A DNA stretch of 63,955 nucleotides, counting the filler. It is 8 parts of 8 records of this genome, joined end to end, with 100 filler letters (N's around TTAATTAATTAA, not from the genome) between each part and the next. Parts side by side here need not be neighbours in the genome. Positions count along the whole stretch, not along the records: positions 44,489 to 52,933 come from SRR31147125_14447; positions 53,034 to 63,955 come from SRR31147125_14463; 6 more parts are not named here. One strand, given 5' to 3'. The notes under the pieces were generated by a model, which did not search any database, was not told the DNA's origin, and saw only the letters and a list, made by a program, of their open reading frames with translations. The position numbers and the translations under genes were made by a program. Numbering within the stretch: position 1 is the first letter of the stretch; the number at the start of each line of letters is the position of its first letter. Shown here in pieces: positions 50,498 to 60,608 of the stretch.

Positions 50498-51438
50498 ACA
50501 TCCTCACTTTTAAACTCATTATAATACGGTAGGTCTTTTCTAAGGATACGTTTACCCACAATAATACCAACACCTACTAAGATAATGATGACACTTATCC
50601 AAAGTGATGTCATTTCATACCAAGCACTTGCGACATTTAGCCAAGGCAATGGTAATGGATCACTTGGATTACCATTAAATCTTAAGAGTTCCATTGGAAT
50701 ACGGATAATACCATACCAAATTAAATAGAATGCGACCATATCGCCAATTTTAAAGATACGTTTACGTCTAAGCACTAATAAAATAATTAAACCAATGAAA
50801 TTCCATAAACTTTCATATAAAAATGTTGGATGGTGGTACTCACCACCAATAAACATTTGTTCTTTAATAAATGCAGGGACAAAGTTAAGTTTATCAACAA
50901 CTGGTCCATATAATTCAGCATTCATAAAATTACCCCAGCGCCCCATGGCTTGACCAATTAAGAATCCAGGTGCAACAACATCTAGCATCCACCAGTAAGA
51001 TACTTTTTTCCATTTGGTAAAAAATATCAAAAATATGAATACAAAGATAACCGCTCCATGAATGGCTAATCCACCACCTTGAATATCAAATAAACTCGTA
51101 TCTGAGTTAAACATAACATACCATACTCTAGCACCAATAATCGCAATCGGTACAGCATATAATAGACCATCAAATAAAATGTCAGGATCAACTTTATATC
51201 GCTTAAACTCAAAATATGAAATGGTTGCTGCAATAATAATACCTGATAAGATAAAGACTGCATACCATGTGACACGAATCTCAAAACTACCAATGGTTAA
51301 ATCTGTATCAATAGCAAGATTGTTATATGGATAACCATCTTGTGTTGCTGTTGCAACTATCACTAATAAAACAAAGTAAAGTAGACTCCCGCCATATAAT
51401 AATATGGATTGTTTATGTTTATTGAAAAAATCACTCAT
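50494..51438 (-). CDS. lgt: Prolipoprotein diacylglyceryl transferase
   Basis: GAR.WYV, GGLAIHG, GQAMGRWGNF.N.E.YG and HPTFLYES motifs. Confidence 0.94.
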   Translation of the reverse strand: MSDFFNKHKQSILLYGGSLLYFVLLVIVATATQDGYPYNNLAIDTDLTIGSFEIRVTWYAVFILSGIIIAATISYFEFKRYKVDPDILFDGLLYAVPIAIIGARVWYVMFNSDTSLFDIQGGGLAIHGAVIFVFIFLIFFTKWKKVSYWWMLDVVAPGFLIGQAMGRWGNFMNAELYGPVVDKLNFVPAFIKEQMFIGGEYHHPTFLYESLWNFIGLIILLVLRRKRIFKIGDMVAFYLIWYGIIRIPMELLRFNGNPSDPLPLPWLNVASAWYEMTSLWISVIIILVGVGIIVGKRILRKDLPYYNEFKSEDV

Positions 51439-52369
51439 CATCTTCATCCTTCCCATATCCTCCAGCTTTTCTAGCGACTGCTTCAGTTAACTCTAATGCT
51501 GCATTATATCCTAAATATTTTAATTTAATATTCATGGCTGCACTCTCAACGAGTGTAGCAACATTTCTACCTGGTAAAATAGGTATCGTTACTTTAGTAA
51601 TTTCAGTGTTGAAAAAAGTTGTTTTTTCATCATCAATACCCAAACGATCATATTGTTTATTTTCTTGCCAACGCTCAAGTTCAACCACTAATCGAATTTT
51701 CTTGTTTTCACGATATGCGCCTGCTCCAAACATTTGAACAACATCAACAATACCAATACCTCTAATTTCAATATATTTCTCAATAAGTTTTGGTGCACTA
51801 CCGACTAAAACACCAGGTGCTGTTTCAAAGATATCTACACGATCATCACTAATAAGTATATGTTTACGTTTAATCAGTTCTAGTGCAGTCTCAGATTTAC
51901 CAATACCGCTTTTTCCAATAATCAGTGTGCCCATACCGTGGATATCTAGTAAAACACCATGTACGGTCATTCTTGGTGCTAATTTTGAATGTAGATAAGC
52001 ATAGAGTTCACTTGATAATGGTGTTGTACGAATAGGCGATTTTAAGATAGCCACATCATACTGATTACCAAATTCAATAAATAAATCATCGACATCAACA
52101 TTGACTGAGAAAATGATACCCGGAGGTCTTTTCATCATAATATCTTCAACTCTTGTACGCATGATATCATAGGGTAATAGTTTCATAAAAGAATCTTCTT
52201 TTGAACCAATAAGTATCATTCGATTTGCATCAAAGAAATCAAGAAATCCTGCAAGTTCAACACCAGGACGAGATAGCATCTCTGCTTTAACTTCTCTCTC
52301 TAATGCTTTCTCTCCAGCAAGTGTTTCTAAATGTAGGTCATTGGCTAAATGTTTAACTTTAAGTTTCAT
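51431..52369 (-). CDS. hprK: HPr kinase/phosphorylase
   Basis: RPG.ELAG, HGVL.DI.G.G.LI.G.SGIGKSETALEL, DD.V, EIRG.GI and PGRN.A motifs. Confidence 0.95.
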   Translation of the reverse strand: MKLKVKHLANDLHLETLAGEKALEREVKAEMLSRPGVELAGFLDFFDANRMILIGSKEDSFMKLLPYDIMRTRVEDIMMKRPPGIIFSVNVDVDDLFIEFGNQYDVAILKSPIRTTPLSSELYAYLHSKLAPRMTVHGVLLDIHGMGTLIIGKSGIGKSETALELIKRKHILISDDRVDIFETAPGVLVGSAPKLIEKYIEIRGIGIVDVVQMFGAGAYRENKKIRLVVELERWQENKQYDRLGIDDEKTTFFNTEITKVTIPILPGRNVATLVESAAMNIKLKYLGYNAALELTEAVARKAGGYGKDEDDE

Positions 52370-52896
52370 TGTTTACCTCCACCGATATGTATTTTTTTCA
52401 TATATAACCATCTTCTTAAATAGACGGATGCGACAAATCGCATCACTGAAAATAAAATTGTATAAATCATTAAATCCCATAGGGATAAAAATGTAAATCC
52501 AGGGCCTACAATTAATGATGCAACATACCATAAAAGTAAATTGACCATCCATGAGATCATACCTAAACTATATATCATTAATCTGAGGCCATATTTAAAT
52601 AACAAAATCTTTACAATATTTTCCATGATGGTTAAAAGAATCACCGAAAAAATAAATCCAAGTATTTCCATTTCTACGATTTCATATTCAAATGCAATGG
52701 CTATACCAATAACGGTAGCACTCATAACTAGATTGAGTATCAGTGATAAACATAGATGAACGACATAGTTACGATGGAGTAAAAACGCAAAACTAAGTGA
52801 TGTATTTCTACTGTTTTTATAACCTTCTAATTCTTTCATCAATCGCTTTAATTCTTCTTCTGGATCTTGCTTTGGATCTTTAGGATCTTGTTTCAT
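52366..52896 (-). CDS. Four-TM membrane protein, YvlD / 'phage holin 4'-like
   Basis: Four TMs with SLG....VN, located immediately upstream of hprK as yvlD-like genes often are. Confidence 0.55.
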   Translation of the reverse strand: MKQDPKDPKQDPEEELKRLMKELEGYKNSRNTSLSFAFLLHRNYVVHLCLSLILNLVMSATVIGIAIAFEYEIVEMEILGFIFSVILLTIMENIVKILLFKYGLRLMIYSLGMISWMVNLLLWYVASLIVGPGFTFLSLWDLMIYTILFSVMRFVASVYLRRWLYMKKIHIGGGKQ

Positions 52897-52933
52897 CTAA
52901 TCCCTCCCTATCATAACATAATAGTTTAGTTTT

Positions 52934-53033
52934 NNNNNNNNNNNNNNNNNNNNNNNNNNNNNNNNNNNNNNNNNNNNTTAATTAATTAANNNNNNNNNNN
53001 NNNNNNNNNNNNNNNNNNNNNNNNNNNNNNNNN
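52934..53033. other. Artificial contig linker
   Basis: N44-TTAATTAATTAA-N44. Confidence 0.99.
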
Positions 53034-53034
53034 G

Positions 53035-53466
53035 GTAAATAAATGGGATTTAATTGAAAAAGACAACGCATCTGTCAACGAATTCACACAGCAAATCAAA
53101 GAACGCATAGCACCATTTGTTGATGTCCCCATTATTTTCATGTCGGCTTTAACGAAACAACGTATTTTTAAAGCACTGGAATTAGCTGTTGAAGTATATG
53201 AAAACAGGAAGCAAAGATTGAAAACATCAGCATTAAACGATGTTTTACTTGCAGCAATTGAGAAATATCCTCCACCATCTGTTAAAGGGAAATTTATTAA
53301 GATTAAGTACGTGACACAACTTCCAAGTCCTACTCCTACATTTGCGCTATTTGCAAACCTGCCGCAGTATATAAAAGATCCTTACAAACGGTATATTGAA
53401 AACCAGATCAGAGATAACTTTGAATTCACCGGAGTTCCTCTTCAAATATTTTTTAGGAAGAAGTAG
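53035..53466 (+). CDS. der: Ribosome biogenesis GTPase Der, C-terminal part
   Basis: VNKWDL, F.SAL..QR, KIKY.TQ....P.F..F.N and Y.RY.EN..R..F.F.G.P motifs. Confidence 0.92.
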   Translation, partial: VNKWDLIEKDNASVNEFTQQIKERIAPFVDVPIIFMSALTKQRIFKALELAVEVYENRKQRLKTSALNDVLLAAIEKYPPPSVKGKFIKIKYVTQLPSPTPTFALFANLPQYIKDPYKRYIENQIRDNFEFTGVPLQIFFRKK

Positions 53467-53568
53467 CTTCTTTACATTAAGCCTTCATTAATATAGATTT
53501 AATTAATATGCTATAGAGCACATTAACGAGATTTAAGCTTACTTTTGCGCGCTGTAATATATATACAT

Positions 53569-55152
53569 ATGAAGTTCGAATTTAAGTTTATTGACAAAAA
53601 ACAAGGATCAATAAAAGATGATATTTTATCAGGTCTAACGGTTTCTTTGGCTTTGGTTCCAGAAGCTGTTGCTTTCGCATTTGTAGCAGGTGTTTCTCCA
53701 ATTGTAGGATTGTATGGAGCATTTATGATGGGCTTGATCACTTCCATATTTGGCGGTCGTCCGGGGATGATCTCTGGAGCTACAGGAGCCATGGCTGTTG
53801 TAATGGTTAGTTTGGTTAAACAAGGAAATGAAATGGGCGAAGCAATGGGACTTCAATTCCTGTTTGCCACGCTTATTCTTGTTGGAATTATTCAAATGAG
53901 TGCAGGTTTCTTACGACTCGGGAAATTCATTCGATTAGTTCCCCACTCCGTAATGATGGGCTTTGTTAATGGATTAGCAATCGTAATTTTTCTATCACAG
54001 CTCGGTATGTTTAAATCCGGTGGAGAATGGCTCAGCGGAACAGCTCTTTTCACCATGCTTGGGTTAGTCGCAGGAACAATGGCGATCATGATCATTCTTC
54101 CCAAAATAAGCAAAGCGATTCCGGCAGCACTGGTTGGAATTTTGGTTACTTCGGCTGTTGTAATCTTTGGTGGAATTGAAACTGAAACCGTAAAAAGCTT
54201 CATTCAAGCTGGAGGAGGAACTGGAATTAAGGCTGGCTTACCCAATTTCAATGTTCCTATTATTCCTATAAACTTTGATACACTCAAATTCATATTCCCA
54301 TATGCTTTAATCTTAGCTGCTATTGGATTAATTGAATCTTTGATGACCATGAATCTGGTGGATGAATTAACTGAGACACGCGGGAGTGGAAACCGGGAGT
54401 GTGTTGCTCAGGGAGCAGGGAACTTTGTTAATGGCTTTTTTGGAGGAATGGGTGGTTGTGCTATGATTGGTCAGAGTATTATCAACATTAAATCCGGAGG
54501 ACGAAATCGTCTTTCTGGAATTGTTGCTGCCATTTCGTTATTAGCGTTTATTCTTTTTGCATCAAGTTATATTGAGATGGTGCCTATTGCTGCACTTGTC
54601 GCTGTTATGTTTATGGTTGTTATTGGAACATTTGCGTGGAGTACCTTCAAAATTATTGATAAAATTCCATTGGCAGATTTAATTGTTATTATACTGGTTA
54701 CCATCATGACCGTTCTCTTTGATTTGGCCATTGCGGTATTAGCAGGTGTGATTGTTTCAGCCCTTGTATTTGCATGGGAAAACGCAACTCGTATTCGTGC
54801 CAGAAAACGCACTGATGAGCATGGAATCAAACATTATGAAATATTTGGTCCACTTTTCTTTGGATCAACTACTTTGTTTAGCACAAAATTTGATGTGCAA
54901 AATGATCCAAACGAAGTTATTATCGACTTCAAAGATTCGAGAATCATGGATCAATCAGCCATTGAAGCTATTAATAAGCTGGCTGAGCGCTATCAGAAAG
55001 AAGGAAAAACAATACATCTTCGTCACCTCAGTAAAGACTGTATTAAGCTCATTAAGAAGGCTGAAAAAATTTGCGTTGTGAATGTTGTGGAAGATCCAAA
55101 CTATTTTGTCTCCATTGACAATTACAAAAAACTATTGGGCGAAGCACCCTAG
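53569..55152 (+). CDS. SulP family anion transporter with STAS domain
   Basis: SGLTV.LALVPEAVAF, GGRPGMISGATG, GMGGCAMIGQS and GPLFFGS motifs. Confidence 0.93.
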   Translation: MKFEFKFIDKKQGSIKDDILSGLTVSLALVPEAVAFAFVAGVSPIVGLYGAFMMGLITSIFGGRPGMISGATGAMAVVMVSLVKQGNEMGEAMGLQFLFATLILVGIIQMSAGFLRLGKFIRLVPHSVMMGFVNGLAIVIFLSQLGMFKSGGEWLSGTALFTMLGLVAGTMAIMIILPKISKAIPAALVGILVTSAVVIFGGIETETVKSFIQAGGGTGIKAGLPNFNVPIIPINFDTLKFIFPYALILAAIGLIESLMTMNLVDELTETRGSGNRECVAQGAGNFVNGFFGGMGGCAMIGQSIINIKSGGRNRLSGIVAAISLLAFILFASSYIEMVPIAALVAVMFMVVIGTFAWSTFKIIDKIPLADLIVIILVTIMTVLFDLAIAVLAGVIVSALVFAWENATRIRARKRTDEHGIKHYEIFGPLFFGSTTLFSTKFDVQNDPNEVIIDFKDSRIMDQSAIEAINKLAERYQKEGKTIHLRHLSKDCIKLIKKAEKICVVNVVEDPNYFVSIDNYKKLLGEAP

Positions 55153-55180
55153 TCAATTCAAAATAACAATAATTGAAAGT

Positions 55181-55234
55181 GGCTGTCTCTGAAGGCTTTC
55201 GAATCTAGTGATTCAATCGACTTTTAAGACAGCC
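55181..55234. repeat. Inverted-repeat element between convergent genes
   Basis: GGCTGTCT...AGACAGCC arms enclosing an inner GAATC-TAGT-GATTC hairpin. Confidence 0.55.
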
Positions 55235-55247
55235 TCAAAACGGATAA

Positions 55248-55759
55248 TTATAATCCAAACATTACTTTCACTCCAACACGCAAATAGTTAGCTCCCCCAG
55301 GGTATATTTTATTTCTGGAGCAATTGCCATATTATCTCCTGCGGACATATTGAGCCCAAGTCCCAAATTAAGACCAGCCTCAGAACCGGTTCCGTTTAAC
55401 ATGTCCCCAAAACCTCCAAGGTCACCATATTCACCTGAGTCAAATTTGACATTCCAAAAGGTCATGTTCAAACCTCCAATGGCATAAAGACCTCCTAGGT
55501 TTTCAATTTCGGTTAACTGGTAATTTGCATCTAAATCCAATGCAGACCATGAGACATACTCTTTTTTAAGGAAATATGTAAATGAAGGAGCAGCACTCCA
55601 AGTTTCATTAAACTCATATTTCCCATTTGCACTAAATCCAACATTGTTAATGTCTGTCCCATAAACAATACCAAGTCCTGCACTCATTTCCTGTGCTTTT
55701 ACTTCAGAAAAAGAAAATAAGACCACTAAGCAAATAACTGCTTTCAATAAATTTTTCAT
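55248..55759 (-). CDS. Small outer-membrane beta-barrel protein; frameshift at C5 55293-55297
   Basis: Signal peptide and amphipathic strands. Adding one G restores the barrel-type C-terminus YTLGGANYLRVGVKVMFGL with stop at 55248. Confidence 0.75.
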
Positions 55760-55842
55760 AATGATTTTTAATTTTATTATTTTGATAAAAGAAATTCGTG
55801 AAAAAATGATTTAATCTCACAGATTAGGTTCAATTAACTTTA

Positions 55843-57042
55843 TCATCGTTTAATTTCTTGTAATTCATAAGTCGAATAGTGTCCAAAAGTCCCCGGTTTA
55901 TCTTCAATAATCTTAGCATAGATTCCCGGTTTATCATTAATCATCCAAAGCTTTTTCCTAGTTTCAAATCCATTAACAACCTCAATTACCGTACAATCAA
56001 ATGAACCAGCAGAAGTTGTAATTCTTTCGTTACCCGAAACTCTAAACATGTCTTCTTTTAATGGAAATAGCAGATTCGAATATTCGTTATTTGGAGGTAA
56101 CTCTGTGTCTTCTGGAAGATTGTAACGATCGTATCCGTAAAAAACAAAATCGATACTAAGCGTTTGTTCATCTTTGTTTGCTTCAATATCTGCAATTAGC
56201 ATTTTGCTGTCAAACACCTCTATATCTTCAATAAGTGTAGAATATTTATACACTAACTGATGTACATTATCCAGGCTCAGAATCATGGCATATGAATCTA
56301 GCCAAGGCAATTTATCTTCATCACCTTCATATTTATAATCACCATTCTCAGTGTAAAAATCGTCTTCAGTGAAATTCAGGCGTTCAATCTTATTGCCTTC
56401 AATATTTTCTTTGAATAAAACAACCTCATTGCCATAGTTATCGAAGACTATCTTTTCCGAGGTAAAATCAACTATTTTATTCTTTCCGCGAAGCAAGCTG
56501 GACAGTCCTGTTATTATAAGCGTTCTATCTTCAGAATTAATTATCCATTTCCCTCTTAACGTGGCAGTTGAAGCACCATCTATTTCAACAATCGTATACG
56601 AATCAGGCAGCTCAAATTTAATCAATTTCGAAATACCTGAAGCTTGTATCCGCCAAGAACCTTCAAGACCCGAATCTTTATTATTGACTCCAATTTTATA
56701 CTTATCAACTTTTCGGTAAAATACTTTTGCTCCATCTTTTGTAACGATCAGATTCTTTTCGGTAAGATTTAAGATTTTACTTTCACCATTAAAGTCTTTG
56801 TCAAGTTCCGAATTCATTACAATTGAATGATTTGTCTTATTGTACCTCCAAGTTCCAAAATCGATTCCCATTAAAATCATTTTCCCATTTTCATTAAACT
56901 CCGTAACGAGATAAGGATTCTCAACATCACCATTAACTTCAACTTTTGTTACCAGCCAACTTCCATCAAGTTTCGATTTCTGAGCATTTGCAAACACCGC
57001 AAATACAATAAAAAAAGTAATTAGTAATGTCGGTTTTTTCAT
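55843..57042 (-). CDS. Exported protein with tandem lipocalin-like domains
   Basis: Signal peptide. Two repeats starting LDGSW / LEGSW with G.W strands. C-terminal IT..AG.FDC and PG...K motifs. Confidence 0.65.
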   Translation of the reverse strand: MKKPTLLITFFIVFAVFANAQKSKLDGSWLVTKVEVNGDVENPYLVTEFNENGKMILMGIDFGTWRYNKTNHSIVMNSELDKDFNGESKILNLTEKNLIVTKDGAKVFYRKVDKYKIGVNNKDSGLEGSWRIQASGISKLIKFELPDSYTIVEIDGASTATLRGKWIINSEDRTLIITGLSSLLRGKNKIVDFTSEKIVFDNYGNEVVLFKENIEGNKIERLNFTEDDFYTENGDYKYEGDEDKLPWLDSYAMILSLDNVHQLVYKYSTLIEDIEVFDSKMLIADIEANKDEQTLSIDFVFYGYDRYNLPEDTELPPNNEYSNLLFPLKEDMFRVSGNERITTSAGSFDCTVIEVVNGFETRKKLWMINDKPGIYAKIIEDKPGTFGHYSTYELQEIKR

Positions 57043-57070
57043 GATTTGGAACATTAAAATTGATTTGAAA

Positions 57071-57529
57071 TTAATTTGCAATAACCATTTGCACTTCTAT
57101 TACTGCAGTTAAGCTTTTGGGAACAAGCGATGTTGTTATTCCCGAAACATTTACTTCAATCTTTTTCCCTGTTCTTTTAATTGTTCCAGAGCTGGCAACA
57201 AAACCTTCTTTTCCAACAACTGCTCCAAAATCAAGTATTACCGAACCATACACATCCCCATTCTCATCAACAATATTGGTTGTGGTACCATCAGCACCTA
57301 CACCACTAATTATTAACGAAAATTCATTCTCTTCAGATCCAACTACTCCAATATTACCTCCTGCCAGTATTAGAGAACCTTCAACTACCTCAGTATAAGT
57401 CACCCCATCATAGCTCATTGAGAAACTACTCTCCGCTATTTCTTCTACTTCATCATCTTTGCTGCACGAGCTTAGTACAACACTAAAAATGCATAATAGG
57501 ATTGCGATGTTAAAAATTGATTTTTTCAT
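57071..57529 (-). CDS. Hypothetical lipoprotein
   Basis: Lipobox LSSC followed by SKDD (Bacteroidota surface-export-like signal). Confidence 0.75.
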   Translation of the reverse strand: MKKSIFNIAILLCIFSVVLSSCSKDDEVEEIAESSFSMSYDGVTYTEVVEGSLILAGGNIGVVGSEENEFSLIISGVGADGTTTNIVDENGDVYGSVILDFGAVVGKEGFVASSGTIKRTGKKIEVNVSGITTSLVPKSLTAVIEVQMVIAN

Positions 57530-57597
57530 GTAATTTGCTGTTTTATAATAATTTAAAATTAAAGACTCAGTTTCACAACTAACATGTTGATTATTAT

Positions 57598-59310
57598 CTA
57601 ATTTGAAAGTACTCTTAGAATAGCAGTTTCTCTCGGGTATATATTTATATTTGTTTTGTTGCCCCGCCCCAAACGAAAATCAACTTCAGATTGAATCATA
57701 TCTCCTATTTTCCCTTTATCTAAATCGCAGGTGTAGGTTCCTGGAATTTCTAAATGATTGGATTGGCTATGAACTGAACCGTCATAATTATAGCTAACAT
57801 ACTTAACAGTAAGTTTATAATTGTCGTTTTTGTCAACATCCAGGATCTTCATTTTTCCGAGGTTTCCATCTGATGTTGCATACAAAATAATTGTGCCCAC
57901 ACCATTTGTAATGCCTGAAGAATTTGATACTGAAATATTAACTGCATCGGGTAATGCTTCTAACTTTACGCCAATGGTATTTTTGTCAAGCTTATCGTAA
58001 ATTGAATTACTACTGTTGGTAGTTGCTTCTGCAACACTTCCTGTAAATTTCACAAATTCAACTCTGCGATTATTTGCTTTCCCTTCTGCTGTTATATTTT
58101 CACCAATGGGTTTGCTCTCTCCCCAACCAGTTGATTTAAGTCGGGTCACCGAAATTCCCATGCTAATTAAACGATCTATTACAGCCTTCGCTCGTGATTC
58201 TGAAAGCGTTTGGTTAAAAGCCTCATCTCCGTCGCTATCTGTGTGCCCCTCAACACTAAATTTTAGCTCGGGTTGTTTCTGCATCAGGTCAAAAATCTTA
58301 TTAATTGCACCATTGCTTTCATGTTTAATGGTTGCTTTGTTTACATCGAAACGAATACCGTTCACTATAATTTTCCCATCAGATAGAACACGATCATAGT
58401 ATTTTACACCTCCTTTAGCAATTCTTATATTTCTCAGCAATGGTTTATATTTGGAAGAACTGAATCTTTCTGCCAAAATGCTTATACCAGTAGGGTTACC
58501 TTCATAATGAGGAATATTAATTAAGCGTGTATCATCCATATACGCTTTCAATTTCCCTTTAGTAAATGCTATTGATATATGTTTCCATCCTCCAATTTTG
58601 TTAAATCCCCATCCATAACTTTCCGTACCGGGATATCTCATCTCTGATCCACCGCATTCGATCCCATTTACAAATACCTCAATATCTTTTCCAACGTTTC
58701 GTTGATTTTTGGCATCATACATCTTTATCCAGAATCTTCCTGATTCACCTGGAGTAAAATACATATCGCATTCAAGCGTAAACATTTCAGGCAAATAGTC
58801 TTCTTTCGAGTTTGCCATGTATGGAACAATAGCACCTCCGGCTAAATAATAAATAACATTCTCATTATTGACAGTTGCAATCTCAATATTTCCTTCCTGC
58901 AAATCCCAACGACTTGGGAACTCTCCATTCTCTTCATCAATGCTCGGACCATCTTCAAAAATCACTTCATCTCCCGGAACAAAATCAAACTTTGCCCATT
59001 TAATATCTATCTGATTTGCATCTTGCAAAATATGTGAGTTAGAAACTTCCGAATTTGAATCAGATTGAGATTGATTTTCATCTTCATTCTTTTTCGATTT
59101 CCCCCTTTTTTTCTTCTTCTTACCAAATAAACTGCCTATGCCCTCTTCAAGTTTATTTAATCCTTTATCAATGGTCTGATCAGTCCGATTATTGGCTCGT
59201 TGATTTGTCTGATTGGTTACTTTTTTCTTTACATCAACCTTAACTTGAGCATGTAAACTAGCTCCAATAAATAGAATTAAAACAAGACTGATAATTATTT
59301 TTACTTTCAT
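57598..59310 (-). CDS. OmpA-family protein with N-terminal lectin-like domain and extra C-terminal domain
   Basis: FDFVPG..VIFED...GEFP.RW, I.FD..KA, VEGHTDSDG....N..LS..RA and NRRVEF motifs, followed by about 150 further aa. Confidence 0.85.
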   Translation of the reverse strand: MKVKIIISLVLILFIGASLHAQVKVDVKKKVTNQTNQRANNRTDQTIDKGLNKLEEGIGSLFGKKKKKRGKSKKNEDENQSQSDSNSEVSNSHILQDANQIDIKWAKFDFVPGDEVIFEDGPSIDEENGEFPSRWDLQEGNIEIATVNNENVIYYLAGGAIVPYMANSKEDYLPEMFTLECDMYFTPGESGRFWIKMYDAKNQRNVGKDIEVFVNGIECGGSEMRYPGTESYGWGFNKIGGWKHISIAFTKGKLKAYMDDTRLINIPHYEGNPTGISILAERFSSSKYKPLLRNIRIAKGGVKYYDRVLSDGKIIVNGIRFDVNKATIKHESNGAINKIFDLMQKQPELKFSVEGHTDSDGDEAFNQTLSESRAKAVIDRLISMGISVTRLKSTGWGESKPIGENITAEGKANNRRVEFVKFTGSVAEATTNSSNSIYDKLDKNTIGVKLEALPDAVNISVSNSSGITNGVGTIILYATSDGNLGKMKILDVDKNDNYKLTVKYVSYNYDGSVHSQSNHLEIPGTYTCDLDKGKIGDMIQSEVDFRLGRGNKTNINIYPRETAILRVLSN

Positions 59311-59371
59311 ATTGAGGTTTTAAAAAGTTCTCAGGATGTGAAATTAATGCTCTTCCATTAATGAACTTTTG

Positions 59372-59403
59372 TAAACTTGAGAGCGAGGTGTTTTTCTTTG
59401 AAT
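59372..59403 (-). promoter_or_regulatory. Candidate LytTR boxes upstream of the OmpA operon
   Basis: TTGA cores at 59377 and 59398 (21-bp period), with the proximal one in AACTTGAnnGCG. Confidence 0.5.
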
Positions 59404-59406
59404 CCG

Positions 59407-59742
59407 CTATTGTTTCTGAAGTATTTGCAGCATTTCTTTTTTCTTTCTTGTTGAAGCCGGAATACGTGTTTTATTGGAAAGGATAATGGTGTAGCCATTC
59501 GTTTTATCAATTTCTACAACATGCATCATGTTGACAAGATAAGACTGATGTGACCTAAAAAAGTTTGAAGGTTTTAGTTGAGTCTCAAATTCTTTAATAC
59601 TTCGGGATACAACAATTGGCAGACGATTCGTGAGATAGAACGTTGTGTAACTATTATCGCATTTACAATAAAGTATATCTTGTAGCCAAATAAAGTGAAT
59701 GGCATCAATTGTATTTAATATAATCCGTGGACTTGGAGGCAT
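59407..59742 (-). CDS. Stand-alone LytTR DNA-binding domain protein
   Basis: DILYCK.DNSYT, F.RSHQSYLVN and IP.S.R motifs. No receiver domain. Confidence 0.85.
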   Translation of the reverse strand: MPPSPRIILNTIDAIHFIWLQDILYCKCDNSYTTFYLTNRLPIVVSRSIKEFETQLKPSNFFRSHQSYLVNMMHVVEIDKTNGYTIILSNKTRIPASTRKKKEMLQILQKQ

Positions 59743-59791
59743 GCTACTTTTTTCTTTACAAAAGTAGTTGTCGAATTAGTTGTAGTTATCG

Positions 59792-59844
59792 CGAACTTGA
59801 ATGCGTTTATTATTAGCTTGAAATTGTTGCCTGTCTGGTTGAAT
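59792..59844 (-). promoter_or_regulatory. Candidate LytTR boxes upstream of the stand-alone LytTR gene
   Basis: TTGAA at 59797, 59818 and 59839 (21-bp period). -7 box TACTTTTG at 59759-59766. Confidence 0.6.
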
Positions 59845-59857
59845 TCCCCTATTTAAT

Positions 59858-60607
59858 TTATAATTGTTCAAGTAAATTGATCAGGTTCTTTTTTTGTCGC
59901 ATTGAAACCGGAATTTCTTTTTTGCATTTCATAATAATAAACCCGCCATCAGTTTTATCAATTTTCCTCACATGGTTTAGATTAACCAAATAGGATTGAT
60001 GGGGTCTGAAAAACCCATATTCTTTTAGGAGCTCATCGTATTCCTTAATACTTTTCGAAACCGTAATCTCCTCATTTTCATGAATGAAAAAAGTTGTATA
60101 GCTGTTATCACTTTTGCAAAAACGTATATCTGTAACATCAATGATATGAAGCGAATTGGATGTTTTAAGAACTAATTTCTTACTTTGCGTCTCCTTCTTA
60201 AAGGACTCCAACAATATATTAGCTTGTCGTTCGGTGTTAAAGTTTGAGTTAATAAGCTCAACCGCTTTTTGTACTGCTTGCTGAAACTCACTCTCATTTA
60301 TCGGCTTCAAAATATAATCGAGCGCACTAAACTTAATTGCTTTAATTGCATAATCATTAAACCCAGTAATAAAAACCACCTTAAAATTATACGGTCTGAG
60401 TTGTTGTAGAATATGAAAACCAGAACCTCCTTTAATTTCAATATCGAGTAATACCAAATCGGGTTGAACTGTACGAATTAAATCAACACTAGTTTCAACA
60501 GAATCGGCAATCCCAACTATCTTAATTTCCGGGAAATAATCAGTTAGCAAACTTGAATTTACTTCCTGCATGGCACGTTCGTCGTCAATAATTACAGCTC
60601 GTATCAT
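59858..60607 (-). CDS. LytR/AlgR-family response regulator (REC-LytTR)
   Basis: IIDDE, LLDI, FIT, DYILKP, then F.RPHQSYLVN. Confidence 0.93.
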   Translation of the reverse strand: MIRAVIIDDERAMQEVNSSLLTDYFPEIKIVGIADSVETSVDLIRTVQPDLVLLDIEIKGGSGFHILQQLRPYNFKVVFITGFNDYAIKAIKFSALDYILKPINESEFQQAVQKAVELINSNFNTERQANILLESFKKETQSKKLVLKTSNSLHIIDVTDIRFCKSDNSYTTFFIHENEEITVSKSIKEYDELLKEYGFFRPHQSYLVNLNHVRKIDKTDGGFIIMKCKKEIPVSMRQKKNLINLLEQL

Positions 60608-60608
60608 A

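Noticed and set aside
52366-52896. Phage holin indicating a prophage
   Set aside because: It sits in the conserved housekeeping position upstream of hprK-lgt, with no phage context.
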